21,121 nt of DNA from Candidatus Omnitrophota bacterium (GTDB lineage: Bacteria; Ratteibacteria; UBA8468; MWAK01), in NCBI GenBank assembly GCA_043797665.1, contig JAZDPL010000059.1, positions 1 to 21,121 on the forward strand, written 5' to 3'. Position 1 is the first letter of the stretch. Every line of letters begins with the position of its first letter. The notes beneath the pieces are model-generated. The model ran no database searches, was not told where the DNA came from, and was given only the letters and a program-made list of their open reading frames with translations. Below are positions 7,466 through 16,324 of the stretch, one piece after another. The position numbers and the translations under genes were made by a program.

Positions 7466-8098
7466 CTAACGTGAATAAAGACCCACAATCCGGCCCTCTT
7501 CCACCGGGATTGTTACTTCCTTGCGTGATGGCTCGCGCACCACCTTAACCTTAACCGCATCCTTATCTACCGCCAACCAGGCCGGACAGACCTGCTCGTC
7601 CGCTCCTCCACCGGACGCCAACCTCTCTTTGACAGAAACCAGCAACGATGAGCCGGGGCGAAACTCCACTTCATCACCCACCTCAACCAGATAAGAAGCA
7701 GCGCTCACTCTCCGCCCGTTCACCCGGATATGCCCGTTGCTTATTAACTGCCGGGCAAACCGGCGTGAGGCTACCAGAGCAGAAACCAACAGCAGGTTAT
7801 CCAACCGGCGTTCCAGCAGGATAAGCAGCCGTTCACCCGGAGCGGTTCCGGATGCCTTTGCCAGATTGAAATATCTTCGGAACTGCCGTTCCATAACACC
7901 GTAGAACGCCCGCGTCTTCTCTTTCTCCCGAAGTTGGACCCGGTAGTTGGAATCACGGCTGGAAAATCTGCTGTATCCGGACGTCGCCGGCCGGTGTTTT
8001 TCAATCGGGCAGTTAACGGAGCGGCACCGGCTGCCTTTCAAATATAACTTTACGCCTTCCCGGCGACAGAGCTTGCAAACTGGTGGTCTGACCTTCAT
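7466..8098 (-). CDS. rpsD: 30S ribosomal protein S4 (Cys-containing form)
   Basis: CKLCRREGVKLYLKG, QLREKEK, LERRLDN, ARQLISNGHI, C-terminal YSR. Confidence 0.96.
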   Translation of the reverse strand: MKVRPPVCKLCRREGVKLYLKGSRCRSVNCPIEKHRPATSGYSRFSSRDSNYRVQLREKEKTRAFYGVMERQFRRYFNLAKASGTAPGERLLILLERRLDNLLLVSALVASRRFARQLISNGHIRVNGRRVSAASYLVEVGDEVEFRPGSSLLVSVKERLASGGGADEQVCPAWLAVDKDAVKVKVVREPSRKEVTIPVEEGRIVGLYSR

Positions 8099-8137
8099 AA
8101 GTTCCTATACTCAGCGACCCTAAAAGGACCGCAATAC

Positions 8138-8524
8138 TTACACCCGGCGTTCCTTGGGTGGTCGGCAACCGTTGTGAGGAATCGGTGACACATCCCGAAT
8201 CTGCGTAATGATGATACCGGAAGATTGTAAAGCACGAATCGCGGTTTCACGCCCCGGACCCGGACCCTTAACCCGGACCTCAACCTCTTTCAAACCAAAG
8301 TCCTGTACCCGGCGGGCAACCTCACGGGCAACCAGACCGGCCGCATAAGGGGTTCCTTTCCGGGTACCTTTAAATCCGACCTGACCGGTACTCACACAGG
8401 TCAAAACATTACCCTTAGGGTCGGTAATGGCAATAAACGTATTGTTGAATGAAGCCTTGATGTGAGCAACACCGGCCGGAATGGAGATACCCTTTTTCTT
8501 CTTTTTCTTTTCGTATTTAGCCAT
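8138..8524 (-). CDS. rpsK: 30S ribosomal protein S11
   Basis: [38 protein letters not shown]. Confidence 0.97.
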   Translation of the reverse strand: MAKYEKKKKKKGISIPAGVAHIKASFNNTFIAITDPKGNVLTCVSTGQVGFKGTRKGTPYAAGLVAREVARRVQDFGLKEVEVRVKGPGPGRETAIRALQSSGIIITQIRDVSPIPHNGCRPPKERRV

Positions 8525-8528
8525 AAGT

Positions 8529-8963
8529 CTACTTCTTTCCCTCCGGAGTTCTTACCGGAGCAGATGATGGTGACTTCAGTGTACTGCGTCTTTCCTTACT
8601 GCGAACCACGCCCACCGTTTTCCGGGGCCCTTTTCGGGTTCTGGCGTTACTGTGAGTACGCTGTCCGTGAACCGGCAAACCTCTTTTATGCCGGACTCCA
8701 CGATAAGAACCGATATCAACCAGCCGTTTTATGTCTGCGGACACCTGCCGGCGGAGGTCACCTTCAACCCGATAACTACGTTGAATCGCCATCGTCAGAC
8801 GGTTAATCTGGTCTTCCGTAAGATCCTTAACCCGGATATCCGGCTCAATGCCGGTTTCTTTGAGCAGCCTCTTAGAAAGTGCAAAACCTATCCCATAAAT
8901 ATAGGTCAGGGCTATCTCCACACGTTTTGCGTTAGGAATCTCAATACCAATGATTCTCGCCAT
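8529..8963 (-). CDS. rpsM: 30S ribosomal protein S13 (extended C-terminal tail)
   Basis: [44 protein letters not shown]. Confidence 0.97.
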   Translation of the reverse strand: MARIIGIEIPNAKRVEIALTYIYGIGFALSKRLLKETGIEPDIRVKDLTEDQINRLTMAIQRSYRVEGDLRRQVSADIKRLVDIGSYRGVRHKRGLPVHGQRTHSNARTRKGPRKTVGVVRSKERRSTLKSPSSAPVRTPEGKK

Positions 8964-8969
8964 AGATAC

Positions 8970-9095
8970 CTACCCCTGGACCTGCTTGTGCTTGGGTCCT
9001 TTACGCGGATTCTTACAGATAATCCTGACCTTTCCCCGGCGTCTCACAATCTGACATTCCGGACATATTTTCTTAACTGATGCTCTTACCTTCAT
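8970..9095 (-). CDS. rpmJ: 50S ribosomal protein L36 (41 aa, not in ORF track)
   Basis: Hand translation [41 protein letters not shown]; canonical position between infA and rpsM. Confidence 0.96.
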   Translation of the reverse strand: MKVRASVKKICPECQIVRRRGKVRIICKNPRKGPKHKQVQG

Positions 9096-9104
9096 AGTAT
9101 CCCT

Positions 9105-9181
9105 TGTCATTCCCGCATGCCTTTAGCGGGAATCCAGTGATTATGTGTATGGATTCCTGCTTACTATCCGCAGGAATGACA
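9105..9181. repeat. REP-like inverted doublet (REPIN-like) in the infA-rpmJ spacer
   Basis: TGTCATTCCCGC-ATGCCTTTA-GCGGGAATCCA, spacer, TGGATTCCTGC-TTACTATCC-GCAGGAATGACA; same family as 5111-5185. Confidence 0.85.
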
Positions 9182-9194
9182 GTTTACTTTCTTG

Positions 9195-9410
9195 TTACAG
9201 TCGCTGGGTAATCCTTCCCTTGGTCAGGTCATACGGACTGATTTCCAGAAACACTTTGTCACCGGGAAGCAGTTTGATATAATACATCCGCATCTTACCG
9301 CTTACGTGAGCCAGAATTTCGTGTCCGGTCTTCAGTTTTACCCTGAAGTTGGCGTTGGGTAAAGCCTGCATAATGACACCATCAACCTTAATCTTTTCTT
9401 CCTTTTTCAT
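9195..9410 (-). CDS. infA: Translation initiation factor IF-1
   Basis: [39 protein letters not shown]. Confidence 0.97.
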   Translation of the reverse strand: MKKEEKIKVDGVIMQALPNANFRVKLKTGHEILAHVSGKMRMYYIKLLPGDKVFLEISPYDLTKGRITQRL

Positions 9411-10144
9411 GACCGGGTTACCACTTCACACCCAGCATCGGAAACGATGACGGTTTCCTCAAAATGGGCTGAAGGACATCCATCCACGGTTACCACCGTC
9501 CAACCGTCGGAGAGAATTTTTACCTCTCCTCCTTTATAGTTTACCATAGGTTCTATTGCCAAGCCAAGTCCGGGATAAAACCGGAATTGATTCCCGCTCA
9601 CAAAATTCGGAATTTCCGGTTTCTGATGCAGAAACCGTCCAATACCGTGGCCACAAAAAGACCGGACCACCGCAAAACCGGCCCCGGTCACAAAACTTTC
9701 AACCGTCCGGCTGACGTCGTCAACCACCACGCCGGGCCTGATGCAATTGACAGCGGCTGTCAACGCCGCTTTTGTAACCGCAAGCAACCGCTCTTTCTCC
9801 GGTGAAATCTTTCCCACCGGAAAGGTCTCCGCACCGTCAGCAAAGAAACCTTCTTTCTCAACGCCCAAATCAATACTCACGACATCCCCTTCGGAAAGGG
9901 TATAGTTCCCAGGGATGCCATGGATAACCACCTCGTTGGGAGAAACACATATCGCCGCCGGAAACCCTCGGTAACCCTTAAAGGCAACCCGGCCGCCCTC
10001 TCTGAGAATGAACTCTTCTGCTTTCCGGTCCAATTCCTCACCCGTTACTCCCGGTTTCATCAAACCAGACAGATACTCGCGACACAAACCTACAATCCTT
10101 CCTGCCTGGGACATCTTCTTCCATTTTGCCTGGTGCAGCACCAT
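9407..10144 (-). CDS. map: Type I methionine aminopeptidase
   Basis: [39 protein letters not shown]: the metal ligands are present. Confidence 0.95.
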   Translation of the reverse strand: MVLHQAKWKKMSQAGRIVGLCREYLSGLMKPGVTGEELDRKAEEFILREGGRVAFKGYRGFPAAICVSPNEVVIHGIPGNYTLSEGDVVSIDLGVEKEGFFADGAETFPVGKISPEKERLLAVTKAALTAAVNCIRPGVVVDDVSRTVESFVTGAGFAVVRSFCGHGIGRFLHQKPEIPNFVSGNQFRFYPGLGLAIEPMVNYKGGEVKILSDGWTVVTVDGCPSAHFEETVIVSDAGCEVVTRS

Positions 10145-10158
10145 TAACCTCTAAGGAG

Positions 10159-10818
10159 TCAACCCATAAGAATCTGTCGTGCACCAGCAAGGGTTTCCGG
10201 CAAAAGCTGGTCTCCCCGCAACGTTACCATCAAGCCGGCCCTTTGATAATATTCTCGTAAAGGTGCTGACTGCTGGTGATAAACCGTCAATCGTTTTGCC
10301 ACCACCTCCGGCTGGTCATCCTCACGCTGATAAAGAACACCTGCGCATACATCGCAGGTCCCTTCTTTCTTTGGCGGCAGATTGCCCCGGTGGTAGATAG
10401 CGCCGCAGTTCCGGCAGATTAACCGCTGGGAAAGCCTCTCCATCAAAAACCCGTCACTTGCTTCTAAATTAATTACCAGAAGCACCAGCCCTTTTTTATC
10501 AACATAAGATTTAAACTCTTCCGCCTGAAACTTCGTCCGGGGAAAACCGTCTAAAAAAACCCCCCCGTTAACCTCATCCAAACGGGCCAATACCATCCTG
10601 GTAACCAACCCATCCGGAACTAATCCCCCGGCATCCATAAAACACTTTGCTTCGCTGCCCAATTCCGTCTTATTCTTAACGCTATCCCGCAGGAGGTCCC
10701 CCGAAGAAACAAACCTGAACCCGAACTCCGCGGCCAGCCGGGTGGCGATGGTTCCTTTTCCTACGCCGGGCGGCCCGAAGAAAACCACAATCCTTTTTTT
10801 GGAAACCCCGTTTTCCAT
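10159..10818 (-). CDS. adk: Adenylate kinase with Cys4 zinc lid
   Basis: GPPGVGKGT, SSGDLLR, LDGFPRT, CRNC...CDVC, QREDD. Confidence 0.96.
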   Translation of the reverse strand: MENGVSKKRIVVFFGPPGVGKGTIATRLAAEFGFRFVSSGDLLRDSVKNKTELGSEAKCFMDAGGLVPDGLVTRMVLARLDEVNGGVFLDGFPRTKFQAEEFKSYVDKKGLVLLVINLEASDGFLMERLSQRLICRNCGAIYHRGNLPPKKEGTCDVCAGVLYQREDDQPEVVAKRLTVYHQQSAPLREYYQRAGLMVTLRGDQLLPETLAGARQILMG

Positions 10819-10828
10819 TTTTTAGGTT

Positions 10829-12145
10829 TTATCTAATCTTCGCCTTTTTGAGAAAGCCTTCGTAGTGACGCATTAAGAGATGCGCTTCAATCTGCCGCAT
10901 CGTCTCAATCAAAACCGCCACTATAATCAATAAGCCAACCCCCCCAAAAAGACTTGCCACCTGATAAGGTATCTTGAAGATACCCATAATCAAAAAAGGG
11001 AAGATGGCGATGGCGGTCAGGAAAAGTGCTCCGGGCAGGGTAATGTTGTTCAGAATTCGTTCCAAATAATCCGAGGTCGCCCGGCCCGGTCTAATACCGG
11101 CTACAAAACCACCGTATTTACGCAGGTCATCGGAGACCTTGTTGGGTTTAAAACTCACCGCGGCATAAAAGAAACAAAAAAATACGGTAAGGATAGCATA
11201 GATAATATTGTAAAGCCAACCGCCGGGATTAAGTAAATGGATAATACGGGTAGCAAAATCTCCTTTGAAAAAACGCAACGCCAGCGCGGGAAAGGAAAGA
11301 ATGGAAGCAGCAAAGATGAGGGGGATTACACCACCCTGATTGACCTTGACCGGAAGGTAGGTATTTTGACCGCCGTACTGGCGCCGGCCAATCACCCGTC
11401 GCGCATACTGCACCGGAATCCGGCGTTCCCCTTCAATCAAAAGAACGGTCGCGGCTATCACCACTACAATCAAACTTGCCATTAGAATAATACTCAATCC
11501 GGAAAGTCTTCCGGTCTGAACCAGCATAATCGTCTGTTTGACCGCGGTCGGATAACGGGAGATGATACCGAGTGAAATAATCAGCGATATTCCGTTGCCG
11601 ATGCCCTTTTCGGTAATCTGCTCGCCCAACCACATCAAAAACATGGTGCCGGCGGTCAGGGTAATGGTAGAGATAATCCGGAATGACCAGCCCGGGTTTG
11701 CTACCATCGGAATACCGCCAAAATAGGCGGGATTCTCCAACCAGAGACTTATCATCATTCCTTGAAAAAGACACAGCAGGGCGGTAAGTTGCCGGGTCAA
11801 CTGGGTAAGCCGGCGCCGGCCCTCTACGCCGGTCTTTACCAGATTCTCCAGATAGGGTACCATCGTGGCCAAAAGTTCCAGAACGATGGAGACGGAAATG
11901 TACGGCATCACCCCCAAAGCAAAAATTGTCGCGTTGGAAAGGGCTCCGCCGGTAAAGAGGTCCGCCACCCCCAAAAGTGTCCCCTGGACCTGAGCGAAGA
12001 AGTGCGACAGCGCCTCCCCGTTAATACCCGGTACCGGAAGGTAACAACCAAAACGGTAAACTGCCAGAAGACCCAGCGTAATCAGTATCTTCCCTCTCAG
12101 GTCAGGAATCTTCAGGCTGTCACGAAACGGAGCTAATGTCGCCAT
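10829..12145 (-). CDS. secY: Preprotein translocase SecY
   Basis: IFALGVMPYI, WLGEQITEKGIGNGISLII, RRIPVQY, GVIPLIFA, GIRPGRAT. Confidence 0.97.
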   Translation of the reverse strand: MATLAPFRDSLKIPDLRGKILITLGLLAVYRFGCYLPVPGINGEALSHFFAQVQGTLLGVADLFTGGALSNATIFALGVMPYISVSIVLELLATMVPYLENLVKTGVEGRRRLTQLTRQLTALLCLFQGMMISLWLENPAYFGGIPMVANPGWSFRIISTITLTAGTMFLMWLGEQITEKGIGNGISLIISLGIISRYPTAVKQTIMLVQTGRLSGLSIILMASLIVVVIAATVLLIEGERRIPVQYARRVIGRRQYGGQNTYLPVKVNQGGVIPLIFAASILSFPALALRFFKGDFATRIIHLLNPGGWLYNIIYAILTVFFCFFYAAVSFKPNKVSDDLRKYGGFVAGIRPGRATSDYLERILNNITLPGALFLTAIAIFPFLIMGIFKIPYQVASLFGGVGLLIIVAVLIETMRQIEAHLLMRHYEGFLKKAKIR

Positions 12146-12149
12146 TCAA

Positions 12150-12584
12150 CTATTTAAGGATTTGGCCGCCGGCTGAGGTTATTTTTTCAATTGCCTTCTT
12201 GCTGAAAGCGAAAACTTTAAACTGTAACGGAACTTTCAGTTCTCCTTCCGAAAGGATTTTTACCGGTAAACTACTCTTAATCAGCCCGGCTTTCTTCAGG
12301 ACCTTTTCGTCAATCAGGCTGTCCTTGGTAAAACGATTCAAGTCTCCCAAATTCAGAATCTGATAAGATTTTTTGTAAAGAGGGGTAAACCCGAATTTGG
12401 GAATCCGCCGGATAAGAGGCATCTGGCCGCCTTCAAAACCGGGCCTCACTCCGCCGCCACTTCGTGCCTTCTGCCCCTTATGGCCTCTGGTGGAGGTTCC
12501 ACCGTGACCACTGGCACCTCCTCTGCCCCGTCTTTTAACCGGCCGGTTACTCCCCTTAGGTCGCCCTATTTCGTTTAGTTTCAT
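12150..12584 (-). CDS. rplO: 50S ribosomal protein L15
   Basis: RGHKGQKARSG, GFEGGQMPLIRRIPKFGF. Confidence 0.97.
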   Translation of the reverse strand: MKLNEIGRPKGSNRPVKRRGRGGASGHGGTSTRGHKGQKARSGGGVRPGFEGGQMPLIRRIPKFGFTPLYKKSYQILNLGDLNRFTKDSLIDEKVLKKAGLIKSSLPVKILSEGELKVPLQFKVFAFSKKAIEKITSAGGQILK

Positions 12585-13077
12585 CGGTTCGGACTAGATT
12601 CAATTGAGTTAGACCGATAATGACTGCTTTGGCAACGTTTATCGGATTACTCCGGCCGATAATCTTGGTCACCAAATCACTTATTCCCGCCGCTTCCGCA
12701 ATGGCACGTATAGTCTCCCCCGCTACAATTCCCCGTCCTCTGTAAACCGGCCGCAACAGTACCTTAGCCGCTTTAAATTTTACGTATACTTCGTCCGGAA
12801 TGGTGGTACCTACCACCGGAACAGTAACCATATGACTCATCGCCTGCCGTCTGGCTTTATCAATAGCCAAAGGTACTGCCTGAGCCTTGGCTAGACCGAT
12901 ACCAACACGGCCTTTTCTATCTCCCACTACTATAAGAGCGTTAAAACGCAGACGCCGTCCGCCAGCCACCGTCTTACATATGCGGTTGATCCGGATTACC
13001 TTTTCGTAAAAACCCTCTCCCAGCCCCTTCCGGTCTTCCCGGGAACCTCCCCCGCGCTTTCGTCTTTCTTTCGCCAT
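12556..13077 (-). CDS. rpsE: 30S ribosomal protein S5
   Basis: EKVIRINRICKTVAGGRR, VVGDRKGRVGIG, SNPINVAKA. Confidence 0.95.
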   Translation of the reverse strand: MAKERRKRGGGSREDRKGLGEGFYEKVIRINRICKTVAGGRRLRFNALIVVGDRKGRVGIGLAKAQAVPLAIDKARRQAMSHMVTVPVVGTTIPDEVYVKFKAAKVLLRPVYRGRGIVAGETIRAIAEAAGISDLVTKIIGRSNPINVAKAVIIGLTQLNLVRTDETKRNRAT

Positions 13078-13090
13078 AAGATAAAATGGG

Positions 13091-13114
13091 ACGCAGGCTA
13101 AAGCCTGCGACTAC
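13091..13114 (-). repeat. GTAG-type REP palindrome
   Basis: Minus strand GTAGTCGCAGGCTTTAGCCTGCGT: GTAG followed by a CGCAGGCT/AGCCTGCG hairpin. Confidence 0.75.
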
Positions 13115-13123
13115 CATTAGATT

Positions 13124-13178
13124 CCCTATCCCTTACGGGTCCCCTTACCGTTGAATCGGTAAGGGATGGGATAGGGCA
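13124..13178 (+). repeat. 31-nt hairpin copy B (13135-13165) nested in the loop of a related outer hairpin
   Basis: CCCTATCCC-TT-[ACGGGT-C-CCCTTACCG-TTGAAT-CGGTAAGGG]-AT-GGGATAGGG-CA. Confidence 0.85.
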
Positions 13179-13199
13179 TTATGAAAATACAAGTTTTCC

Positions 13200-13535
13200 T
13201 TAAAACTTCAAACCGGCAGCCCGGGCTGCTTCGGCAAGAGCCTTTACTCTTCCGTGATAAAGATAACCACCGCGGTCAAAAACCACTTCTTTGTAGCCGG
13301 CTTCAAGAGCCTTCTCCGCCAACAATCTGCCTGCATCTTTCGCGGCCGGAACATTCTTGGAGTTAGCCACGATACTGGTGATTACCTGCCCCTTCCGGTC
13401 ATCTATTAAGACTGCGTAGATATGTCGCAAACTCTTTCGTACCAAAAGCCTGGGGACATCCTTTTTACCGGATAGCAATTTTCGTTTCACCCGGCGGTGC
13501 CGCATCTTAATCCGTTCTTTCTTCCCTTTTATCAT
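13200..13535 (-). CDS. rplR: 50S ribosomal protein L18
   Basis: PRLLVRKSLRHIYA, VVFDRGGYLYHGRVKALAEAAR. Confidence 0.96.
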   Translation of the reverse strand: MIKGKKERIKMRHRRVKRKLLSGKKDVPRLLVRKSLRHIYAVLIDDRKGQVITSIVANSKNVPAAKDAGRLLAEKALEAGYKEVVFDRGGYLYHGRVKALAEAARAAGLKF

Positions 13536-13548
13536 TATGGATTTCTTT

Positions 13549-13633
13549 AGATTCTTCGCTCCCTTACAGATTCAACTGTAAGAGTACCCGTGCTCAGAAT
13601 ACGGGTTCCCTTTCCATAGGATTGGAAAGGGCA
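13549..13633. repeat. REP-like AGATTCTTCGCT..GCTCAGAAT palindrome interrupted by 31-nt hairpin copies C (13561-13591, -) and D (13601-13631, +)
   Basis: C (minus): ACGGGT-A-CTCTTACAG-TTGAAT-CTGTAAGGG. D: ACGGGT-T-CCCTTTCCA-TAGGAT-TGGAAAGGG. Confidence 0.8.
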
Positions 13634-13640
13634 CTTTGTG

Positions 13641-14210
13641 TCATTTACTGCCCGGCGTTCCGGTCGCTCCGGTAACTCCAACGCCGGCAGTCTTTCCAAC
13701 TTTGTGCCGGACGTATTCACCAAAATAACGAACCCCTTTCCCGCCGTAAGGTTCCGGAGGTCTAACCGCCCTCACCTTTGCGGAAAAGTCCCCTACCTTT
13801 TCCGGGTCGATACCGGTAATGGTGATGATATTCTTTTCAATCTTGACCTTTATCCCTTCCGGAACCTCCATGGGAACGGGATGGGAAAAACCGACTTTTA
13901 GTACCAGGTCCTTACCCTTAACCTCTGCCTGATAACCGACACCAACTACTTCCAACTTTTTGGTTATACCTTCGGTAACCGCACTCAGCCGGTGTCTGAT
14001 AAGAGCATGCACCAGACCACGTAAATTTTCCAGTTTCTCCATTCCGGAAAAGCCGACCTGAACACTCTCTTTCTCAACCGTTACGGAAATGGAAGACGGT
14101 ATGGCGAAGATCAATGTTCCCTGGGAACCGGAGATTTTCAGACTACCTTTTTCCAGGGAAATATTTGCTCCTTTTGGAATCAGAATCGGTCTCTTCCCCT
14201 GTTTAGCCAT
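13641..14210 (-). CDS. rplF: 50S ribosomal protein L6
   Basis: LEVVGVGYQA, VGFSHPV, RPPEPYGGKGVRY. Confidence 0.96.
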   Translation of the reverse strand: MAKQGKRPILIPKGANISLEKGSLKISGSQGTLIFAIPSSISVTVEKESVQVGFSGMEKLENLRGLVHALIRHRLSAVTEGITKKLEVVGVGYQAEVKGKDLVLKVGFSHPVPMEVPEGIKVKIEKNIITITGIDPEKVGDFSAKVRAVRPPEPYGGKGVRYFGEYVRHKVGKTAGVGVTGATGTPGSK

Positions 14211-14217
14211 ATATTTA

Positions 14218-14616
14218 TTACCAAAGCAGAGCCATAAATTCGCCGCCCAGATTCTCCCTCATGGCTTGCCGATGGGAAATTACGCCCCGGCTGGTGGAAA
14301 TAATTCCTAATTTATTCCGACTCCGGAGATATTTCATCATCCCGGTCCGGGAGACGTAAAGGTGACACCCCGGAGAACTGAGTCTTTTCACCCCTTTAAT
14401 TACGTGTTTCGAAACAGCATCGTACTTTAGACGCACCACCAGGCTCTTTCGCAAACCATTCTCTTCCAGGTTATAACCGGTGATGTACCCTGCTTCAAGA
14501 ATGACTTTGAGAACTGCTTCTTTTACCCGGGAATAGGGAACAATAACTTCCGTTTTCCGAACGTTCCCACCGTTCTTAATCCTTACCAACAAATCTCCAA
14601 TAGGATCAGTAACCAT
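14218..14616 (-). CDS. rpsH: 30S ribosomal protein S8
   Basis: Start moved to MVTDPIGDLLVRIKN at 14616; GIISTSRGV, NLGGE...W. Confidence 0.95.
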   Translation of the reverse strand: MVTDPIGDLLVRIKNGGNVRKTEVIVPYSRVKEAVLKVILEAGYITGYNLEENGLRKSLVVRLKYDAVSKHVIKGVKRLSSPGCHLYVSRTGMMKYLRSRNKLGIISTSRGVISHRQAMRENLGGEFMALLW

Positions 14617-14632
14617 AATAGTCAAAGATTCT

Positions 14633-14815
14633 CTACCAACTGGATTTAACCACACCGGGAATCTCACCGCGACTGGCTAATTCCCGGAAACATATCCGGC
14701 ATAGTCCGAACCTCCGCATGTAACCCCGGGGCCTTCCGCAAATCGAACAACGGTTCCGGTGGCGCACCGGATATTTGGGATGGAGATTCTTCAAAAGTAA
14801 TGCCTTCTTTGCCAT
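14633..14815 (-). CDS. rpsZ: 30S ribosomal protein S14, zinc-binding type Z
   Basis: [31 protein letters not shown]; 60 aa. Confidence 0.96.
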   Translation of the reverse strand: MAKKALLLKNLHPKYPVRHRNRCSICGRPRGYMRRFGLCRICFRELASRGEIPGVVKSSW

Positions 14816-14838
14816 ACCGTTTGTCCTTTAGAGGTTCC

Positions 14839-15381
14839 CTACCCCTTCTCCAAGGGTAGACCTAAATCCGACAGAAGCGCCCGGGCTTCCTCCTTCTTCT
14901 TGGCACTCGTCACCAGATTAATATTCATTCCGAATATTTTGCTCACCTTATTGTAATCAATCTCAGGAAAGACGGTCTGTTCGGTCAGACCAAAGTTATA
15001 ATTACCGTTCTGGTCAAAACCGGATAAAGTCAGTCCCCGGAAATCCCGGACCCGGGGCAGCGCAAAAGTAACCAGACGGGCAAAGAAATCAAACATCCTT
15101 TTGCCGCGCAGAGTTACGAAGGCACCCACCAAATCATTCTCCCGCAAAGAAAAACCTGCGATTGCCTTGCGGCTCCGGCGTAAAACCGGTTTCTGACCCG
15201 TGATTACCGCCAACGTGGAAAGAATCTCTTCTATGGCTTTCTCGTCCTTGTTAATCTTACCCAATCCTACGCTGACCACCACCTTCTCCAATCTGGGCAC
15301 CGCCATTTTGTTAGAGTATTTAAACTCTTTCTGCAGTTTGGGTACAATTTCGCTCTTATAGTATTTCAGCAATCCTGACAT
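14839..15381 (-). CDS. rplE: 50S ribosomal protein L5
   Basis: VPRLEKVV, ITGQKP, VTLRG, LPRVRDFRG, FPEIDY. Confidence 0.97.
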   Translation of the reverse strand: MSGLLKYYKSEIVPKLQKEFKYSNKMAVPRLEKVVVSVGLGKINKDEKAIEEILSTLAVITGQKPVLRRSRKAIAGFSLRENDLVGAFVTLRGKRMFDFFARLVTFALPRVRDFRGLTLSGFDQNGNYNFGLTEQTVFPEIDYNKVSKIFGMNINLVTSAKKKEEARALLSDLGLPLEKG

Positions 15382-15400
15382 AAATACCCCTAAACCAGCC

Positions 15401-15715
15401 TCATTTGCTTTCGATGAATTCGCCGCACTTTTTGCAGTAACGAACCTTGTTTTCGCTGATAAACTTGAAACCCACCCGAACCGCGTGATTACATTTCAAA
15501 CAGAAATATCGCAGATTCGGCAACTGAATCGGCATTTCTTTCTGGATAATCCCACCCTGGGGATTACGGGGCCCGCTCTTGGTATGCCGCTTGACAAAAT
15601 TGACTCCTTCCACCAGAAGCCGATTCTCCTTCGGGAAAGCAGATATAACCCGGCCTTTTTTGCCCACATCCTTTCCCTTCATCACCTGAACAAAATCACC
15701 TTTTCGCAGTTTCAT
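15401..15715 (-). CDS. rplX: 50S ribosomal protein L24 (with CxxC...CxxC)
   Basis: [37 protein letters not shown]. Confidence 0.96.
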   Translation of the reverse strand: MKLRKGDFVQVMKGKDVGKKGRVISAFPKENRLLVEGVNFVKRHTKSGPRNPQGGIIQKEMPIQLPNLRYFCLKCNHAVRVGFKFISENKVRYCKKCGEFIESK

Positions 15716-16080
15716 AGTACTTCCGGAGCCAAAGAAATAATTTTGGCGAAGTTCTTTTCCCGTAACTCGCGGGCCACCGGTCCAAATACCCGGGTGCCCC
15801 GGGGGTTATTTTCCTTGTCGACAATAACCGCACTGTTATGGTCAAAAGCAAGATAAGAACCATCGGACCGGCTGATACGATTCTGGGTACGAACAATAAC
15901 CGCCCGGACCACCTCTTTCTTCTTTACCGCACCGGTAGGCAGGGCATCCTTAACCGTGGCGATAACCACATCGCCGACCGCCGCAGTCCGTTTACGAGTG
16001 CCGCCCAAAATACCGAAACACATTATCTTTTTGGCGCCGGTATTATCCGCCACCTCTAAGATTGTCCTCAACTGTACCAT
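15712..16080 (-). CDS. rplN: 50S ribosomal protein L14
   Basis: [33 protein letters not shown]. Confidence 0.97.
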   Translation of the reverse strand: MVQLRTILEVADNTGAKKIMCFGILGGTRKRTAAVGDVVIATVKDALPTGAVKKKEVVRAVIVRTQNRISRSDGSYLAFDHNSAVIVDKENNPRGTRVFGPVARELREKNFAKIISLAPEVL

Positions 16081-16324
16081 CGTCTACACCACTTTTGATT
16101 ATCTTGAGCAAACGCCAGTGCTTTTCCCGGCTCAAAGGACGACATTCTTCAATTAAAACCCGGTCGCCGGTCCTACTCTCATTCTTGGGGTCATCAACCT
16201 TATAGCGCTCACTCATCTTTAATTCTTTATGATACATGGGGTGAATCCTGCTTCGGCCTACCAGTACCACCCGGGTCTTATCCATCCGGTCACTTACCAC
16301 CGCACCTTCCAATCTTTTCTTCAT
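16043..16324 (-). CDS. rpsQ: 30S ribosomal protein S17
   Basis: [35 protein letters not shown]. Confidence 0.95.
   Translation of the reverse strand: MKKRLEGAVVSDRMDKTRVVLVGRSRIHPMYHKELKMSERYKVDDPKNESRTGDRVLIEECRPLSREKHWRLLKIIKSGVDDGTVEDNLRGGG

Noticed and set aside
7466..15715. Cys-rich zinc motifs in S4, L36, Adk, S14 and L24 as novel
   Set aside because: Zinc-binding variants of these proteins are well known.
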